Notes: generated by a model not told the origin, from the sequence alone. Shown: positions 42,117 through 55,268, counted from the stretch's first letter. The stretch is DNA of 64,000 nt from Eledone cirrhosa (GCA_964016885.1 OZ024742.1:311612001-311676000); one strand, 5' to 3'. A program made the numbers and translations.

Positions 42117-42200
42117 CCTTTACCGAATCGGTTTCGAGTCTCAAAAATAAATGGACAGTCCTTACGGCATCCATTGCAAAGATAAACTCTCGTCAGAAGG
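42117..42200 (-). ncRNA. Intact type I hammerhead, copy 1
   Basis: CCUU-CUGACGA-GAGUUU...AAUGGA..CC guaa GG..UCCAUU...AGACUC-GAAA-CCG auu CGG-UA-AAGG. Confidence 0.9.
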
Positions 42201-42598
42201 ATCTTTTTACTCGGAGAATATAAAATTCCCGAGTTCAAATTACGAACTGGTGCTATTCAAAATTGTTCCCGAGATGAGAATAAATGATGTGGAAGCAATT
42301 CCGTCAAGTGCCGTGTGTAAAGATAGAAGCAAAGGCAGGGAGGTCAGTCTACTACCACTATAACTAGCAGCAGTCAGAACGACCAAATTTTTTCTCGACC
42401 AAGAGGAGTATAATAATAAAGTATATATCCCTACACGCACAAAGCGCTTAGGGACACATGTAACGTCCAACCATATGGTAATGTAGTTCAATGGCAGGTT
42501 AATAAATTAACGAGCCAGAACATATATAATCAAGGTTTAGCAAATAAGAAAAAGTTTCAAAATAAATAAAAAAAAATTAACTTTACTCACTATGGATA

Positions 42599-42682
42599 CC
42601 TTTACCGAATCGGTTTCGAGTCTCAAAAATAAATGGACAGTCCTTACGGCATCCATTGCAAAGATAAACTCTCGTCAGAAGG
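42599..42682 (-). ncRNA. Intact type I hammerhead, copy 2
   Basis: Sequence identical to copy 1 across the motif, 482 nt away. Confidence 0.9.
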
Positions 42683-42811
42683 ATTTTTTCACTCGGAGAT
42701 TATAAAATTCCCGAGTTCAAATTACGAACTGGCGCTATTCAAAATTGCTCCCGAGATGAGAATAGATGATGTGGTAGCAATTCCGTCAAGTGCCGTGTGT
42801 AAAGATAGAAG

Positions 42812-42871
<60 letters not shown>

Positions 42872-42879
<8 letters not shown>

Positions 42880-45362
42880 GGATGAAGGACATTGTTTAGT
42901 GTACCGAACTTGCATGCTACACCGTTCATCCAATTTTCATGAAACCTCACACATATATAAAACTCAACGCGTAGAGTGGAATAGGCTACTTGAAATTTTC
43001 GAAAAATCGATAATCGGGCCCTATGACAGAATGTTTTTCGATTCCAATGAAATTTTATGTGAATTCGAACACAAGAACTCTTAGTTTACATCTGGCGCAA
43101 TAAAAATAAATTTCATATGCCCATATAAGGACGTGCGTTATTGATTGGACGGCCAGCTGCATGTCTTCCCAGCTGTCTCAGTAAAGAGTTTATCTTTTCA
43201 TATTCCACCTTATTCAAGTGGAAATACAGTATTATCCCTATCTGAAAAGGGAACCAAATTTAATGGTGTCTTTTGTGAACCTAAAAGCTGTGAGTAAATT
43301 TTCAAACAGTCTTAAATAATCATGCTTTTTGAAAAAAAAATTAATAAATAATACGTTGACCAAGTTGTGTTGTACACATACAATACAAGTAAAAAAATTT
43401 ACGTCGTACCAATGTTTTTCTTTTTTAAACAAAAGATTCTAAAAAATTACTTAATTTATAATACAGTCTTTTGCACAGGAAGTGAGTAACTTTTCGGGTG
43501 TTTAAACGTAAGTTCAGCAGGGTTTGTGTCTTCATTATTAGCCCACCTCTAATGGCATTTTTTGTTCTGCTTACGACTAAATGTTATGAGCGTATTTGCA
43601 ATTAATTGCTCACAGGTGCACACCTGCATGCAGATAGACACTGACAGCCAATAAAAAATCGATAACTTGCTTATTAAGATATCGGTCAAAAAGAGAGATT
43701 GAATGTACTTTAGAACATTTTTTTAATATATTGTTCTTTTTGGCATATGTCAGAAATATAGCTACTATACACTTTGGTTATTTTTTGTAACTAAAAAACG
43801 GTTCCTTTTGGGTGGATACTTAACGAGAAAAATCCTAGGGTTTTGGACAAGTTTGTTTCAGGCGCTGTATAGACGCCTATTTTGTCACACCTTGGTCATG
43901 AATTCGTATTCTTTTCCAATAGATATTTTCCGCTCTATAAGGCTCACCAGGATATAAGGCGTATCATTTAAAATCACGTCCGTGCAACGGCGTGTAAGGC
44001 CAACCAGAAAATGCTATCTTCTTTACTTTTAGTCTAGATCTATTACTTCTGTTAGAGCCGTGATTGATTACCATTGTATTATTTATACATAAGGCTCACC
44101 GGAGTATAAAGCGCAGAGCTGTTTTTTGATTAAATTTAATTATTTTAAGTGCAATTTATAGACGGGAAAATTCGGTAAGTTATTGTAATCATATTTCCAA
44201 ACCTTCCCATTCACCAGTAACCATGCTAACGAATCTGGTGTCATCTCTCTCTGTATTTAATCACCTCTCTCTAACCTAACAGCTTCGTTACACGTCGTTA
44301 TGCCCACACGGAAACGTTCAAGACTTACCTCCAAAAAAGGTACAGCTATTGCTTTGAGACAACGAATTAGGCGTTCTCAGGTATGAGTTCATTCACAATT
44401 GATTAATCCTTTATGCAATATTCTCCCTTAATGTTAGCAAGTACTGCGTTTATCCTAACTGTCACCACTTTTAAGCAACTACAACATTCTAATCGTAGTT
44501 ATATTAAATTTATTGTCTTACCTTGATTCCCTTTTGTTCATGTTAGACTTTTCTCATTTACTATTGACACGGCCATTGGCTTAGCTAACCAGTAGAATTA
44601 ATTAATTTTCTCTAGGAAACACCTGCTGAGCGCGAATCTCGACTCGCTGATAGACGTCTTCCCCGGCTGGCTGAGTCACCAACATCACGTACGACAAGGC
44701 TTGCTGATGTTCGCCTTCGTCGCCAACAAGCGCTGACGGAGGAATCACCAACATCCCGTCAGACGAGGCTTAAGGCTGTGGCAAAGGGCAATAACCCTAG
44801 ATACAATTTTGATCAACTTTTTTTCACCTATAGCAAATTTACCGGGACAGGTTTTTAGCTACTCAAATCTACTTCAGAGATCACGCATTGATGTAAAAAA
44901 TCAATAAAACTGAAGCGGGGCTCGACTTTGCGCAAAAAAACAAGGCAAAGTTACACATGGGAAAACTTTTTACAGGAACGTCCTATATTCTTGAAAACTG
45001 TTACAAAAGACTCGCCATTATGCCGCGGTTAAGATAAAGGCCCTTTTAATTCTTCTTCTGCACATGTGAGCGCAAAAATTGTAAAAAAAAAACCCCTGAA
45101 AGTAATCGACATTTTCACCCTGCTTTAAATTAACTGAACATTCAATATCAAGCGATTTTGACTTCCGTCAGTCGTGCAGAGAACAATTTCAACGATACAC
45201 TGTGTAACTACAATTAATAAATTACACACCTGTGTCTACTAACCTATTTTTTTCCATTGAAGTTCGAAGTTTTGAACCTGTGATGCGCGGGAAGTAACTT
45301 TCACATATTCTAACAGACCAAAGGTCGACTTACACCCGGGCAACGCCGGGTACTTCTGCTAG
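42872..45362 (+). mobile_element. Non-autonomous Helitron (5' boundary approximate) with nested pogo-like MITE at ~43921-44177
   Basis: 3' hairpin CCCGGGCAACGCCGGG followed by CTAG|T at 45359-45362. Retains a RepHel-like N-terminal coding remnant. Confidence 0.65.
44300..44858 (+). CDS. Two-exon 107-aa ORF resembling a Helitron RepHel N-terminus (STPR-like repeats)
   Basis: Exon 1 44300-44380: MPTRKRSRLTSKKGTAIALRQRIRRSQ. Phase-0 intron CAG|GTATGA...GCTAAC...TTTTCTCTAG|G. Exon 2 44616-44858: ETPAERESRLAD..ESPTSRTTRLAD..ESPTSRQTRL. Confidence 0.6.
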
Positions 45363-45538
45363 TATATATATATATATGTATATATATATACGTATATATA
45401 TATACGTATATAATGCTAATATATATATATATATATAGTAATAATAATAAATTTGAAGACTAAAATCCAAAGAGGGCTCGATAAGGATAAATATATATCA
45501 AATATATAAGAGAACCGTAGAGCAAATATTTATTAAAA

Positions 45539-46313
45539 TAACAGATTAAAGTTTAAGCAAAGAATCGCTGCTTTCACCCTTAACGGGATCTTCTGAAACT
45601 AACAAAGTCAATCTGTGAACGCAGAAGTGAATATTTCAAAAAACCTTGCAACCGAAGGAAGACAGGAAGACGATACTTTGGTTCGTGGAAACGTTCCCTG
45701 GCAAAGAACGGATAAAGACAAAGATAATACGTCATAATTTGGAGCGGTGAAACTAATTACACGCAAAGACAAAACCACTCGTATGGTATAAATGAAATCG
45801 TAGACTAATATTCTATTAGGTGGTTCATAGAGACGTTCTCTGGCAATGAAGGAAAAAAACGAAGATAATACCTCATTATGTGGGGCGTTGAGAACAATTG
45901 CACGCAAAGGCAAAACCACGTTTATGGTATGACTGAAGTCGTAGACTAACATTCTATTAGGAAACCGAATGATTCCCGGCTTCAGAGTTAAGAATAAAGT
46001 AAATAAATTACAAAGGTATTGAAATTAAATAGATACATGCACGCAACCATATACGTACATACACAAGCATGAGTGAGTGTGAAAGACCAAAGGTCATTAT
46101 TGAATGAAAATAACTGGATTTCGCAAATTACATAATATTTTTTATTGGGGAAGGTAAGATATTTTTCCGCAAATATTTGATTGCACTGTTTTGTTTCCAC
46201 TTACGTATTTTTTGAAAATGTCATTTATTCATTATAAAAATTAAATGATAGCATTCTATATGTAGATGGGCCCCCTTCGTCTGGCAACCAATATTTTTAG
46301 ACCTAGTTCCCCA

Positions 46314-46397
<84 letters not shown>

Positions 46398-46517
46398 CGA
46401 AGGAATTGTGGTAAGGAACCAGATGAACCATAACGCACCAAAGTACTCAATACTTAGGGTAGTAGAGTGGGTAATAGGAGCAGGTAAGACCCCGACGGAG
46501 TCGTACTTGCTCCTATA
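45539..46517 (+). repeat. ~1-kb composite duplicate of 33187-34147
   Basis: Repeat A, the (TA)n tract and the hairpin-ended short element occur in the same order with high identity. Confidence 0.9.
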
Positions 46518-47539
46518 TCGTAAACGGACGGTAGTCCGTTTAGTAATATTGTTGTGGTCGTGTTTTCGTTGGAAATCGTCTGTTTACGACAGTACAGCGC
46601 GGCTCTACTTTATTTAACTGAGATAAAACTTATATGAGCATGAACAGTAGATCATTACGCATCTTTTGGCTTAAAAATCTAGAAATTTGGTCCAGCGGGA
46701 AAAAGTTTATAATCAAAGTTTGCTGATAAATCTTGTGTTCAAGTGAGTGAGTAGTAAGCGTGACGCTAGGGGAGGTAATTACAAGGTAATTACAAGGGGA
46801 GGTAATCTAATATATTTCAAATTGTATTTTTAACTAAATTCCTTTATCATAGTCTAATATTTTAAAAATAGGTGTGTGCTCCACGATGATGACCCATGTC
46901 CCCGCCATGTGGAGGGGATGCTTAGGAGCCATCCAGATATCATGTGACCATTTTTGGTTCGCGGTGTCCACATGATATCTGGATGGCCCTTTATACTAAT
47001 TAGTCATTTATCTGCATAAAAATTATACCAGATCATTCTGATTATTGGCTTGAAATCTTTTACAAAATTAGTATGAGCAACTAAGAGGTCATCAATAGAA
47101 ATAGAATTACTTTTTGAAGTTTTCCTGCACAGCATTTTTTGGGATTTTAAATAAAAGTTAATATCATAATTCTTATTTTGTATACCCTCATTGCAGATAC
47201 AGAGAAACATGACAATCCTATATAAAGGTCGTAGACAGCAGCATCAGTTTTTATCCGTAACACCATTGAAATGCACAAGTCTCACCAATTCACTATTATG
47301 CACTAATCAACTCAAATGCATTCATGATTTACTAGCTTTGTCATTAAACCAGTTGCCTCAACTAGATTGCAATTATACTCAAAAGAACTTTAAAATGTCA
47401 ATCACTTGTCAGTAATTCACTATGATCTTTTAATTATTAGATAGTTGTTGCTTGCATTGCCTTAAAAAATAGTAGACCAGATAGAAAAATGCGTACAGCA
47501 AAAAAAGTAATATTGTTGGAATATAAACCTTTAAGCACG

Positions 47540-48262
47540 TGGGCCGCACTTAGTCATGGTCAAAAGACCATCATCATGGTACAAACCACCGCCCACGTTG
47601 GGAATACATCCTTGATAGAGAAAAGAAGGAAAAGGCTGATAAGATCAGTAACCTCCGCAGAATCGCTGGCGCCCATACTCACGTCGAATGGGGTACTATT
47701 GGATTTTTTAATCCAAATAGAGTCGTCGAAATTAATCACCGATATACGGACATTGAGGATGACATCAACTTTGAAATCCTTAACGACTGTGAGTATTTTA
47801 GCGAAATTGATAGCTCTAAGGAGAAGTGGTAAAGTGATGGAGGAGTAGTAATTATTGATGTCGAATTGGATAAAACGGCAATGTTCCTTGTTGCATATTC
47901 CGTTGAACCAATCGATCACCGCGAAAGAATTGTTCCACTATCAAGAATCCTTTTACTAAGTCTACCTATATCAGACTTCGTAGGGTTAATAAGCCGAATA
48001 GAAGGGTTGTTCGGAAAATTGGATTTGTGATCCTTCAGGGTAAAGTGGGGAGAAATAGGGTCCAGAGGTTCAGTCCGGTCCAGGATGTCGAGATCAGAGG
48101 TGATTTTAAACCCAGCATCGTTGATTTCATTAATGACGCCCCGATTAGTTTTACGGTAATCCTTAGTTACAGCATTATGTAGCAGTTGATGGTAAGTACT
48201 GCGTTCTACTTCATATAGATTGTCAGTTTTGTCGGAAAGGACGTGTACGGCATTAGAATCCT
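47540..48262 (-). pseudogene. PLE RT fragment related to PLE-2
   Basis: SDKTDNLY, LKDHKSNFPNNPSIRLINPTKSDIG, FIQFDINNYYSSI and FDVSMGASDSAEVTDL. Confidence 0.85.
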
Positions 48263-48809
48263 AGTTAGAATTTTAGTCTACGACTTCAGTTATACCATCT
48301 ACGTGGTTTTGTCTTTGCGTGCAATTGTTCTCGCCGCTCCACATATGACGTATTATCTTCGTTTTTTCCGTTCATTGCCAGAGAACGTCTCTATGAACCA
48401 CCTAATAGAATATTAGTCTACGACTTCTTTTATACCATAAACGTGGTTTTGTCTTTGCGTGTAACTGTTTTTCACCGCTCCAAATAATGACGTATTATAT
48501 TCGTTTTTTCCCGTTCTTTGCCAGGGAACGTTTCCACGAACCAAAGTATCGTCTTCCTGTCTTCCTCCGGTTGCAACATCTTTTGAAATATTCACTTCTG
48601 CGTTCACAGATTGACTTTGTTAGTTTCAGAAGATCCTGTTAAGGGTGAAAGCAGCGATTCTTTGTTTAAACTTTAATCTGTTATTTTAATAAATATATAT
48701 ATATATATATATATACGTATATAATGCTAATCATTGAAAGTTAGAACCTGACATGCAAAAACATATATATATGAATAAAGTAAGGCCAAATCATAGTAGA
48801 TTCAAATAT

Positions 48810-48868
<59 letters not shown>

Positions 48869-49196
48869 GATGAGGTGGAATAGAAATGAAACATGGATTG
48901 TAGGTTAAAATGTAGTCTAGATCGATGAGAAACACTCAAATGATTTAGAAGTCGACATTAAGTAGGAGCAATAACATTAAGAAAGACATGAACGACACCT
49001 CAATACTTTTTTTTTTAAATTTTGCAAGTAGGTTTATAAGCATCAATTTTCATAAGAACTTCGTAGTTGTCTCTGTGGCCTAGCGGTAGGTGCTAGAGAC
49101 GGTGGAGATCCTGGCCTTGGGTTCAATGCTGGTCAAGAGGTACATGTAACCTTTTTCAGTAGACATACAATTCAATAGGGGGAAGATAATAGTACC

Positions 49197-49430
49197 ACAT
49201 GATGATGTTGCAGATGTGCAACGAAAGAAGTTTGTTAGACTATATATATGTGTTTATATCTGTATTTTTGACCGTTGGTCAGTCAATGTTAAACATTGAG
49301 GACCAAATGAATTAACTGTGCAGATATAGAAGATACAGAAGCGAAAACCAAGCAAACAGTGAGTGTGTTCTGTTATTATTTCTGGCAATATTATTACAAC
49401 AATATGACCCTCCCCAAGTATAACAATATA
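49197..49430 (+). mobile_element. Solo pLTR remnant of a PLE-3 relative with a degenerate hammerhead
   Basis: ACA-UGAUGA-U-GUUGCA gaug UGCAAC-GAAA, the same design as the PLE-3 HHR but with C3 lost. Ends ATGACCCTCCCCAAGTATAACAATATA, like 41956-41980. Confidence 0.6.
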
Positions 49431-49460
49431 TATATATTCATTTTTCCATTACCATTACAA

Positions 49461-49554
49461 TGATTTGACGAGCCGCGGCGGATTACAGAGTCGGGTTAGA
49501 TCGATACAGATCGAACCTTGAGCTGATCAGTGGCGAAACGCGCGTCGCCAATCA
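49461..49554 (+). ncRNA. Degenerate hammerhead with long stem II, followed by AATAAA
   Basis: UGAUU-UGACGA-GCCGC...GUGGC-GAAAC GCGC GUC-GCCAAUCA. An apparent small deletion removes C3 and part of stem I. Confidence 0.6.
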
Positions 49555-49703
49555 ATAAACGTAATAAAGGAGTAACCAATCGTCCTTGTTGTTTTATTTC
49601 ACTATAATACACTCTCTCTAGCTCTACATCTCGACACTGAAGTGAACCTAAACATCGAGTGCTCACCCAGGTGAACCTACAGTAACTCCAAGTTACACTC
49701 CCT

Positions 49704-49742
<39 letters not shown>

Positions 49743-50022
49743 TAGATAGATAGATAGATAGATACACACACACATATATATATATTGAGTGAGTATGAAA
49801 GACCAAGGGTAATTATTAAATGTCTCTGGATTTCGCAAAATACATAGTATTTTTTATTGGAGAGGGTAAGATATTTTTCCGCAAATATTTGATTGCACTG
49901 TTTTGTTATCACTTATGTATTTTTTGAAAATGTTATTTATTCATTATAAAAATTAAATAGCATTCTATATGTAGCTGGGCCCCCTTAATCTAGCAACCAA
50001 TATTTTTAGACCGAGTCCGCCA

Positions 50023-50099
<77 letters not shown>

Positions 50100-50244
50100 G
50101 CCAATCATTGTAAGTTTGAATCTAACTGACATACAATAACATATATATAGAAATAAAGTAAGCCCAAATCATAGATTCAAATATCACAGAGAGAAAGAGA
50201 GAGTGAGAGAAAGAAAGAAAGAGAGAGAGAGAGAAAGAAAGAGA

Positions 50245-50275
<31 letters not shown>

Positions 50276-51025
50276 TGAGAGAGAAATGAGGTGGAATAGA
50301 AATGAAACATGGATTGTAGGTTAAAATGTAGTCTAGTTCGATGAGAAACACTCAAATGATTTAGAAGTCGACATTAAGTAGGAGCAATAACATTAAGAAA
50401 GACATGAACGACACCACAATACTTTTTTTTTTAAATTTTGCAAGTAGGTTTATAAGCATGAATTTTCATAAGAACTTCGTAGTTGTCTCTGTGGCCTAGC
50501 GGTAGGTGCTAGAGACGGTGGAGATCCTGGCCTTGGGTTCAATGCTGGTCAAGAGGTACATGTAACCTTTTTCAGTTTTTATTTTCCAGCCAATAGAAAA
50601 AAACTGAAAAGGTTTTCCGGGAACCCTTCTCCCGACCAGGATCGAACTTCAGATCATGATCATCACCGTCTATGATTCCTCCAACTAGGCCACCGAGAAA
50701 GCTACGAAAGTATAATGAAAATTGATAATTATAAATCTACATTCAAAATCAAAGTTAAAAAGATGTGGTCTCGTTCATTGCTTTCCTAGAGTTATTAGTA
50801 ATATTTAGGGTCGACTTCTGGTCATTATTGAAAGTCTCTGGATTTCGCAAAATACATAATATTTTTTATTGGTAAAGGTAAGATATTTTCCCGCAAAAAT
50901 TTGACTGCACTGTTTTGTTTCCACTTATGTATTTTACGAAAATGTTATTTATTCATCATATGATAGCATTCGAGATATAGATGGGCCCCCTTCAATTGGT
51001 AGCAAATATCTTTAGACCTAGTCTC

Positions 51026-51122
<97 letters not shown>

Positions 51123-51781
51123 GTCCATTGAATCATTAGATAAAATATATACAGTATTTCTTCTCCGAATCAGCATAAATCAACCACACAAAAAAATCAT
51201 TTAAACGAGGCTATAAGTTTAAAATATACTTATGAAGAAACAATAGATAAATGATATAGCTTCTTATTTGCGACTTATAGCTACCAAAAATTTACCTAGC
51301 ATTTCTAACAGCCTGTAGAAATTGACTGGATATATAGTTAACCACATTAGGTACAAAATCAAAGTTAGAAGAAAAAATGTTCATAAACCTTACCAAAATC
51401 ATCAAAATATCTCTACCCCCGACGATTTCATTCCATTTTTGGATATATCCGATCTTGGATAAAACAACGAGGTTTGGAAATCATCAATCGGACAAAGATT
51501 TTTCTTACATGATCCCCGCCAGAAACGAATTCAAAATGACTAAGAATCATCACGTGGCTAGTGGTCAAGGCAGAAAGTTTGTGATTGGTGCCTGTTGGCG
51601 AGTAGGCTGGTTGCTAGAAAGCGCATCCGAATACTGCCTAAAGTTTTACTCAACCTTACGGGAGTATATAAAATTTAAAGGGTATATACATATAAACTAG
51701 ACGAAGTCATAGATATATATACATGTTTTTGACAACCATTCACGGTGTGGCTCAATGAAGAATTAATTAAATAATTAATAA

Positions 51782-53517
51782 CACCGTGTAATATATTTTT
51801 TGCTCCCCGGTTCTAAGTGTCATTTCATGGTTTGTTATATCACATTATTATAAAAAAACACTATTATTTAATCAGAAGTTTGGGTTTGTGGTCAGGAGTT
51901 TGATATTTCGAAATTTTCATATTTTTCAAGAAAAAACACATTTAAAAAAAATTTATCAGTTCATATAATTAAATCAATAGAGTTTATATTTATTTTATTA
52001 CACAAGCTTATCAAAAGCAAACAAGTAAAAACAAATAACACTTATAAAGCAACTTATACACGTCAGAAATGACTGTATTTCCTGGATTTGCGGTTGTAGT
52101 CCAGGTCGTATTCCCGCACTGGCTCCCAGATACAGTCCCCCATCATATTTTCATTGTAGTGGCCCTGGTACCTCCGCTCTATCTCTTTCACATATTGGTG
52201 GAATCGTTCGCCTTGTTCTTCTGAGTAGGCGCCCATATTGTCCTTAAATTTTTCCAGGTGAGCGTCCAGCATATGGAGTTTAAGCGACATCCTGCATCCC
52301 ATGGCGCCAAAAGCCTTTATCAGATCCTGCACCAGTTGCTGGTAGTTTTCAGCTCTGTAGTTGCCCAGGAAGCCCTTAACAACTGCCTTGAAACAGTTCC
52401 ATGTTGTTCTCTCAATCCTATTGAGCTTATTGGAGAACTCGGTAGACTCAAACACCTTCTTTATCTGAGGTCCAACAAAAATTCCACCTTTGATTTTGGC
52501 CTCAGATAACTTGGGGAAGAACTCAAGAAGGTACTTAAAAGCGGCTGATTCGTGGTTGAGAGCCTTCACAAACTGCTTCATCAACCCCAACTTAATGTGC
52601 AATGGCGTCATGAGCACAATCCTGGGATCAACCAGTGGCTCTCACATGACGTTCCGGGTCCCAACTACAAATTTTGTTCGCTGCTCCCAGTTCTTTCTTT
52701 TGTAGTGGTCAGAGGTGACTCTGCTGTCCCAAAGGCAGAGGAAGCATTGGAATTTGATAAAGCCTCCTTGGAGTCCAAGCAGGAAAGCCACCATCTTGAA
52801 GTCTCCAATGATTTCCCAATTGTACTGGTTGTATTGCAGAGCTTCCAAGAGGACTTTCACACTGTAGTAATCTTCCTTCAGGCAGACTGAATGAGTTAGG
52901 GGAAGTGTCGGGAACTTGTTTCCATTGTGGAGGAGGACAGCCTTCAAACTTGTAGTGGAGCTGTCTATAAATAGCCGCCACTCCTTGGGCACAAACGGCA
53001 CCCCAATAACGTCAAACAGTCCAGGCACGTCATGGCAGAAGCAAAGGCCATCCCTAAGAGTGTAAAAGCCTGAGAAAGGTTCGTGTCGTCTTCTCTGACT
53101 TGTCACCTGCACTTCCTCCTTGACCAAGTTCCACTGCTTCATCCTGGAGACGAATGCTTAAAACACAACTTACCCTTTATTCAGGGTGCGAAAATCCAGT
53201 ATCAATAAATCTCTTTAATCCACTTTTTAACAATTTTCTACTTTATTGCATTTTTATAATTTTCTTTATTTTATAATTTTAATTTAACCCGAAACATATA
53301 TTAAAAAAATCATTTAACATAAGCAAATTAAACTTACATACAACGTAAAATCCAGCATACAAATAATTCTAGTGAATAGCTTAGAATTTTTACAAACCCA
53401 AACTTTTAACTGTTTAATAGCACTTTTTTATTTTTTTTATTTATTTGGGACCTAAGCAACACAAAAAAGTGATTAGAAGCCAGGAACAGAGAAAATATTT
53501 TTTTTTGTTACACGGTG
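51782..53517 (-). mobile_element. Internally deleted Chapaev3-like (CMC superfamily) DNA transposon
   Basis: TIRs CACCGTGTAA...TTACACGGTG with 3-bp TAA TSD (51779-51781 and 53518-53520). Transposase remnant inside. Confidence 0.8.
52063..53150 (-). pseudogene. DDE transposase C-terminal half (one frameshift)
   Basis: WRLFIDSS..SLKAVLLHNGN, GDFKMV, CFLCLWDSR, PLHIKLGLMKQFVKAL, MSLKLHMLDAH and SEEQGERFHQ. Confidence 0.85.
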
Positions 53518-53769
53518 TAATCAGAGCAATATATAAAAAATTAAGTCCATAGAATCATTAGATAAAATATATACAGTATTTCTTCTCCCAATATATATAT
53601 ATATATATATATAACGAAGGAAGTATGGTAAGGAACCAGATGGACCATAACGCACCAGAGTACTCAATACTTAGGGTAGTAGAGTGGGTAATAGGAAAAG
53701 AGTCAGGACCCCGACGGCTGAGCTCCGGCCGTTTCGACAGCTAGATCTGAACTATCTGAACTATATATA

Positions 53770-55260
53770 AGGAATACGAAAGGTTCACAGCAGCGAAGCT
53801 GAACCGGGACAAATCAGTCGGTTTGCAACTCGGAACGTGGAGAGGCAAACTGATGCCTTCCAATGGCGTCGTCGGACGCTAGACGGAAGGACCGGTAAAG
53901 CTGCTCGGGGTCTGGTTTGGTCCGGACCTCCAGGTGGAGAAGAACTGGAACGAGGTGTCGGCCAAGGTGTTTGCGCTCACCCAGAAGTGGGCCGAGTGCA
54001 AAAAATCCTTGAAAGGTCGAGCGGAGGTGGCGAACACTTTTATAGCGTCCGTCATCTACTACCGCTTGACCGTCGTGCCTTGTCCAGCCAAAACGCTCAC
54101 CAAAATGAAGCGCGCGCTCTTCCAATTCCTTTGGAAGAAGCGGGCTACTTTGGTGAGAAGATGCATCTGCTGCCAACACCCTTCAAACGGAGGGCTGGGG
54201 ATGCCGTGGCTGACGATGCGCAAACACGCGCTCAGGCTGCGGCACCTCCACGTATTCCTCACCAGACAACCGGTGTGGGCCCCGTTCCTGAGGCGAGCCT
54301 TCCCACGACTCGTCTCGCTGACCGAGCTGCAGTCTTGGGTCAAGCAAAGACCGAGGAATATGTGCGACTGGCACATCGAATGTGCTCAGGCGCTCACAGT
54401 CCTCTGGCAAACAGACCCGGCGATCAGTGGAAACTCCACTTCGACATTCTATAGAGGGTTGGTCCGCAGCAAGTGCGACGACACGCTCGGAGAACCTCTA
54501 GGCGTAGAGGAGGACGAACTGGCCAGTCTGTTCGGTAGGACCTTCCGCCCGGGACCAATGGACAACTTCCAAAAGTCCCTAGCCTGGCAGTGCTACCGAG
54601 GAGCTCTACCATTTCGAGACAAGCTCTACAGACACAGGCGCCCGGGTAGGGACCTTCGAAAAAGATCTGTCCGAGATGCGTGCGCGACGAGGAAACCGTC
54701 GCGCACGCATTTGTACACTGCCCGGGCGTTACCGACCTGTGGGGCTATGTAGAACGACTATTGTCGCGGGTGGGACCAATCCGGTTGACCACCGAGTCCA
54801 TTGTCATGATCAAACCGCCACCCTCCTTCAAAAACGAGGGTAAGGCGGTTTTCCTATGTGTTATGGCTATGGTGAAAGAGGTTATATGGTGGACGAGGTT
54901 AAAAGGGCTGAGGTCAAACACCTTTCTCTCTTCTGGAAGAAGAATCAGGATGGAGAGAGAGGTGCTGTACCCCAGCCAATTTTATAAAAGGTGGGTGAAT
55001 GTGGCAAAGATGGCCCGAGTGGTTGGGCCTTCTCTCTATATAAGCCTATAGGTTGAGGAAAAAGAGGAAGAGAGGAGGAGAGTACTCACTCTTGGTGCTC
55101 CTGGAGATGAGGGTTGTACATTTTTTCGGGATTTCAATTGTTATTTGTTATTTTATTAATAGTTTTATTTTCATATACCTCTATGTAAACTCCCCATTTG
55201 TATTTGTCCCCTTCTTTTGTGCCCTTCTTTTGTGCCCTTGTGGCTAATAAAGAAATTTAT
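53770..55260 (+). pseudogene. L1/Tx1-clade LINE 3' fragment
   Basis: KLLGVW, NW....K...W....SLKGRAEVANTFIASVIYY, GGLGMP and CPRC..EETVAHAFVHC knuckle. 3' UTR has AATAAA before a microsatellite. Confidence 0.85.
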
Positions 55261-55268
55261 CTATCTAT

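Larger units (their letters stand above)
42046..42814 (-). mobile_element. ORF-less 482-bp-period partial tandem with two hammerheads (retrozyme-like mini-retroelement)
   Basis: ~290-bp direct repeats (42046-42332 and 42526-42814), each carrying an intact HHR, flanked by (TA)n. Confidence 0.8.
48715..50577 (+). repeat. ~460-bp local duplication (48715-49160 vs 50095-50577) ending in a tRNA-like head
   Basis: Shared (AG)n tract and TGGCCTAGCGGTAGG...GGGTTCAATGC in both copies. Confidence 0.8.

Noticed and set aside
42151-42899. Duplicated MDSPYGIHCKDK ORFs and the 83-aa minus-strand ORF
   Set aside because: Short and motif-less, and the duplicated ORFs are antisense to the hammerhead repeats; RNA structure explains the conservation.
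46520-46990. Hairpins at 46520-46590 and 46928-46987 as ribozymes
   Set aside because: The inverted repeats are real, but no catalytic core could be assembled.
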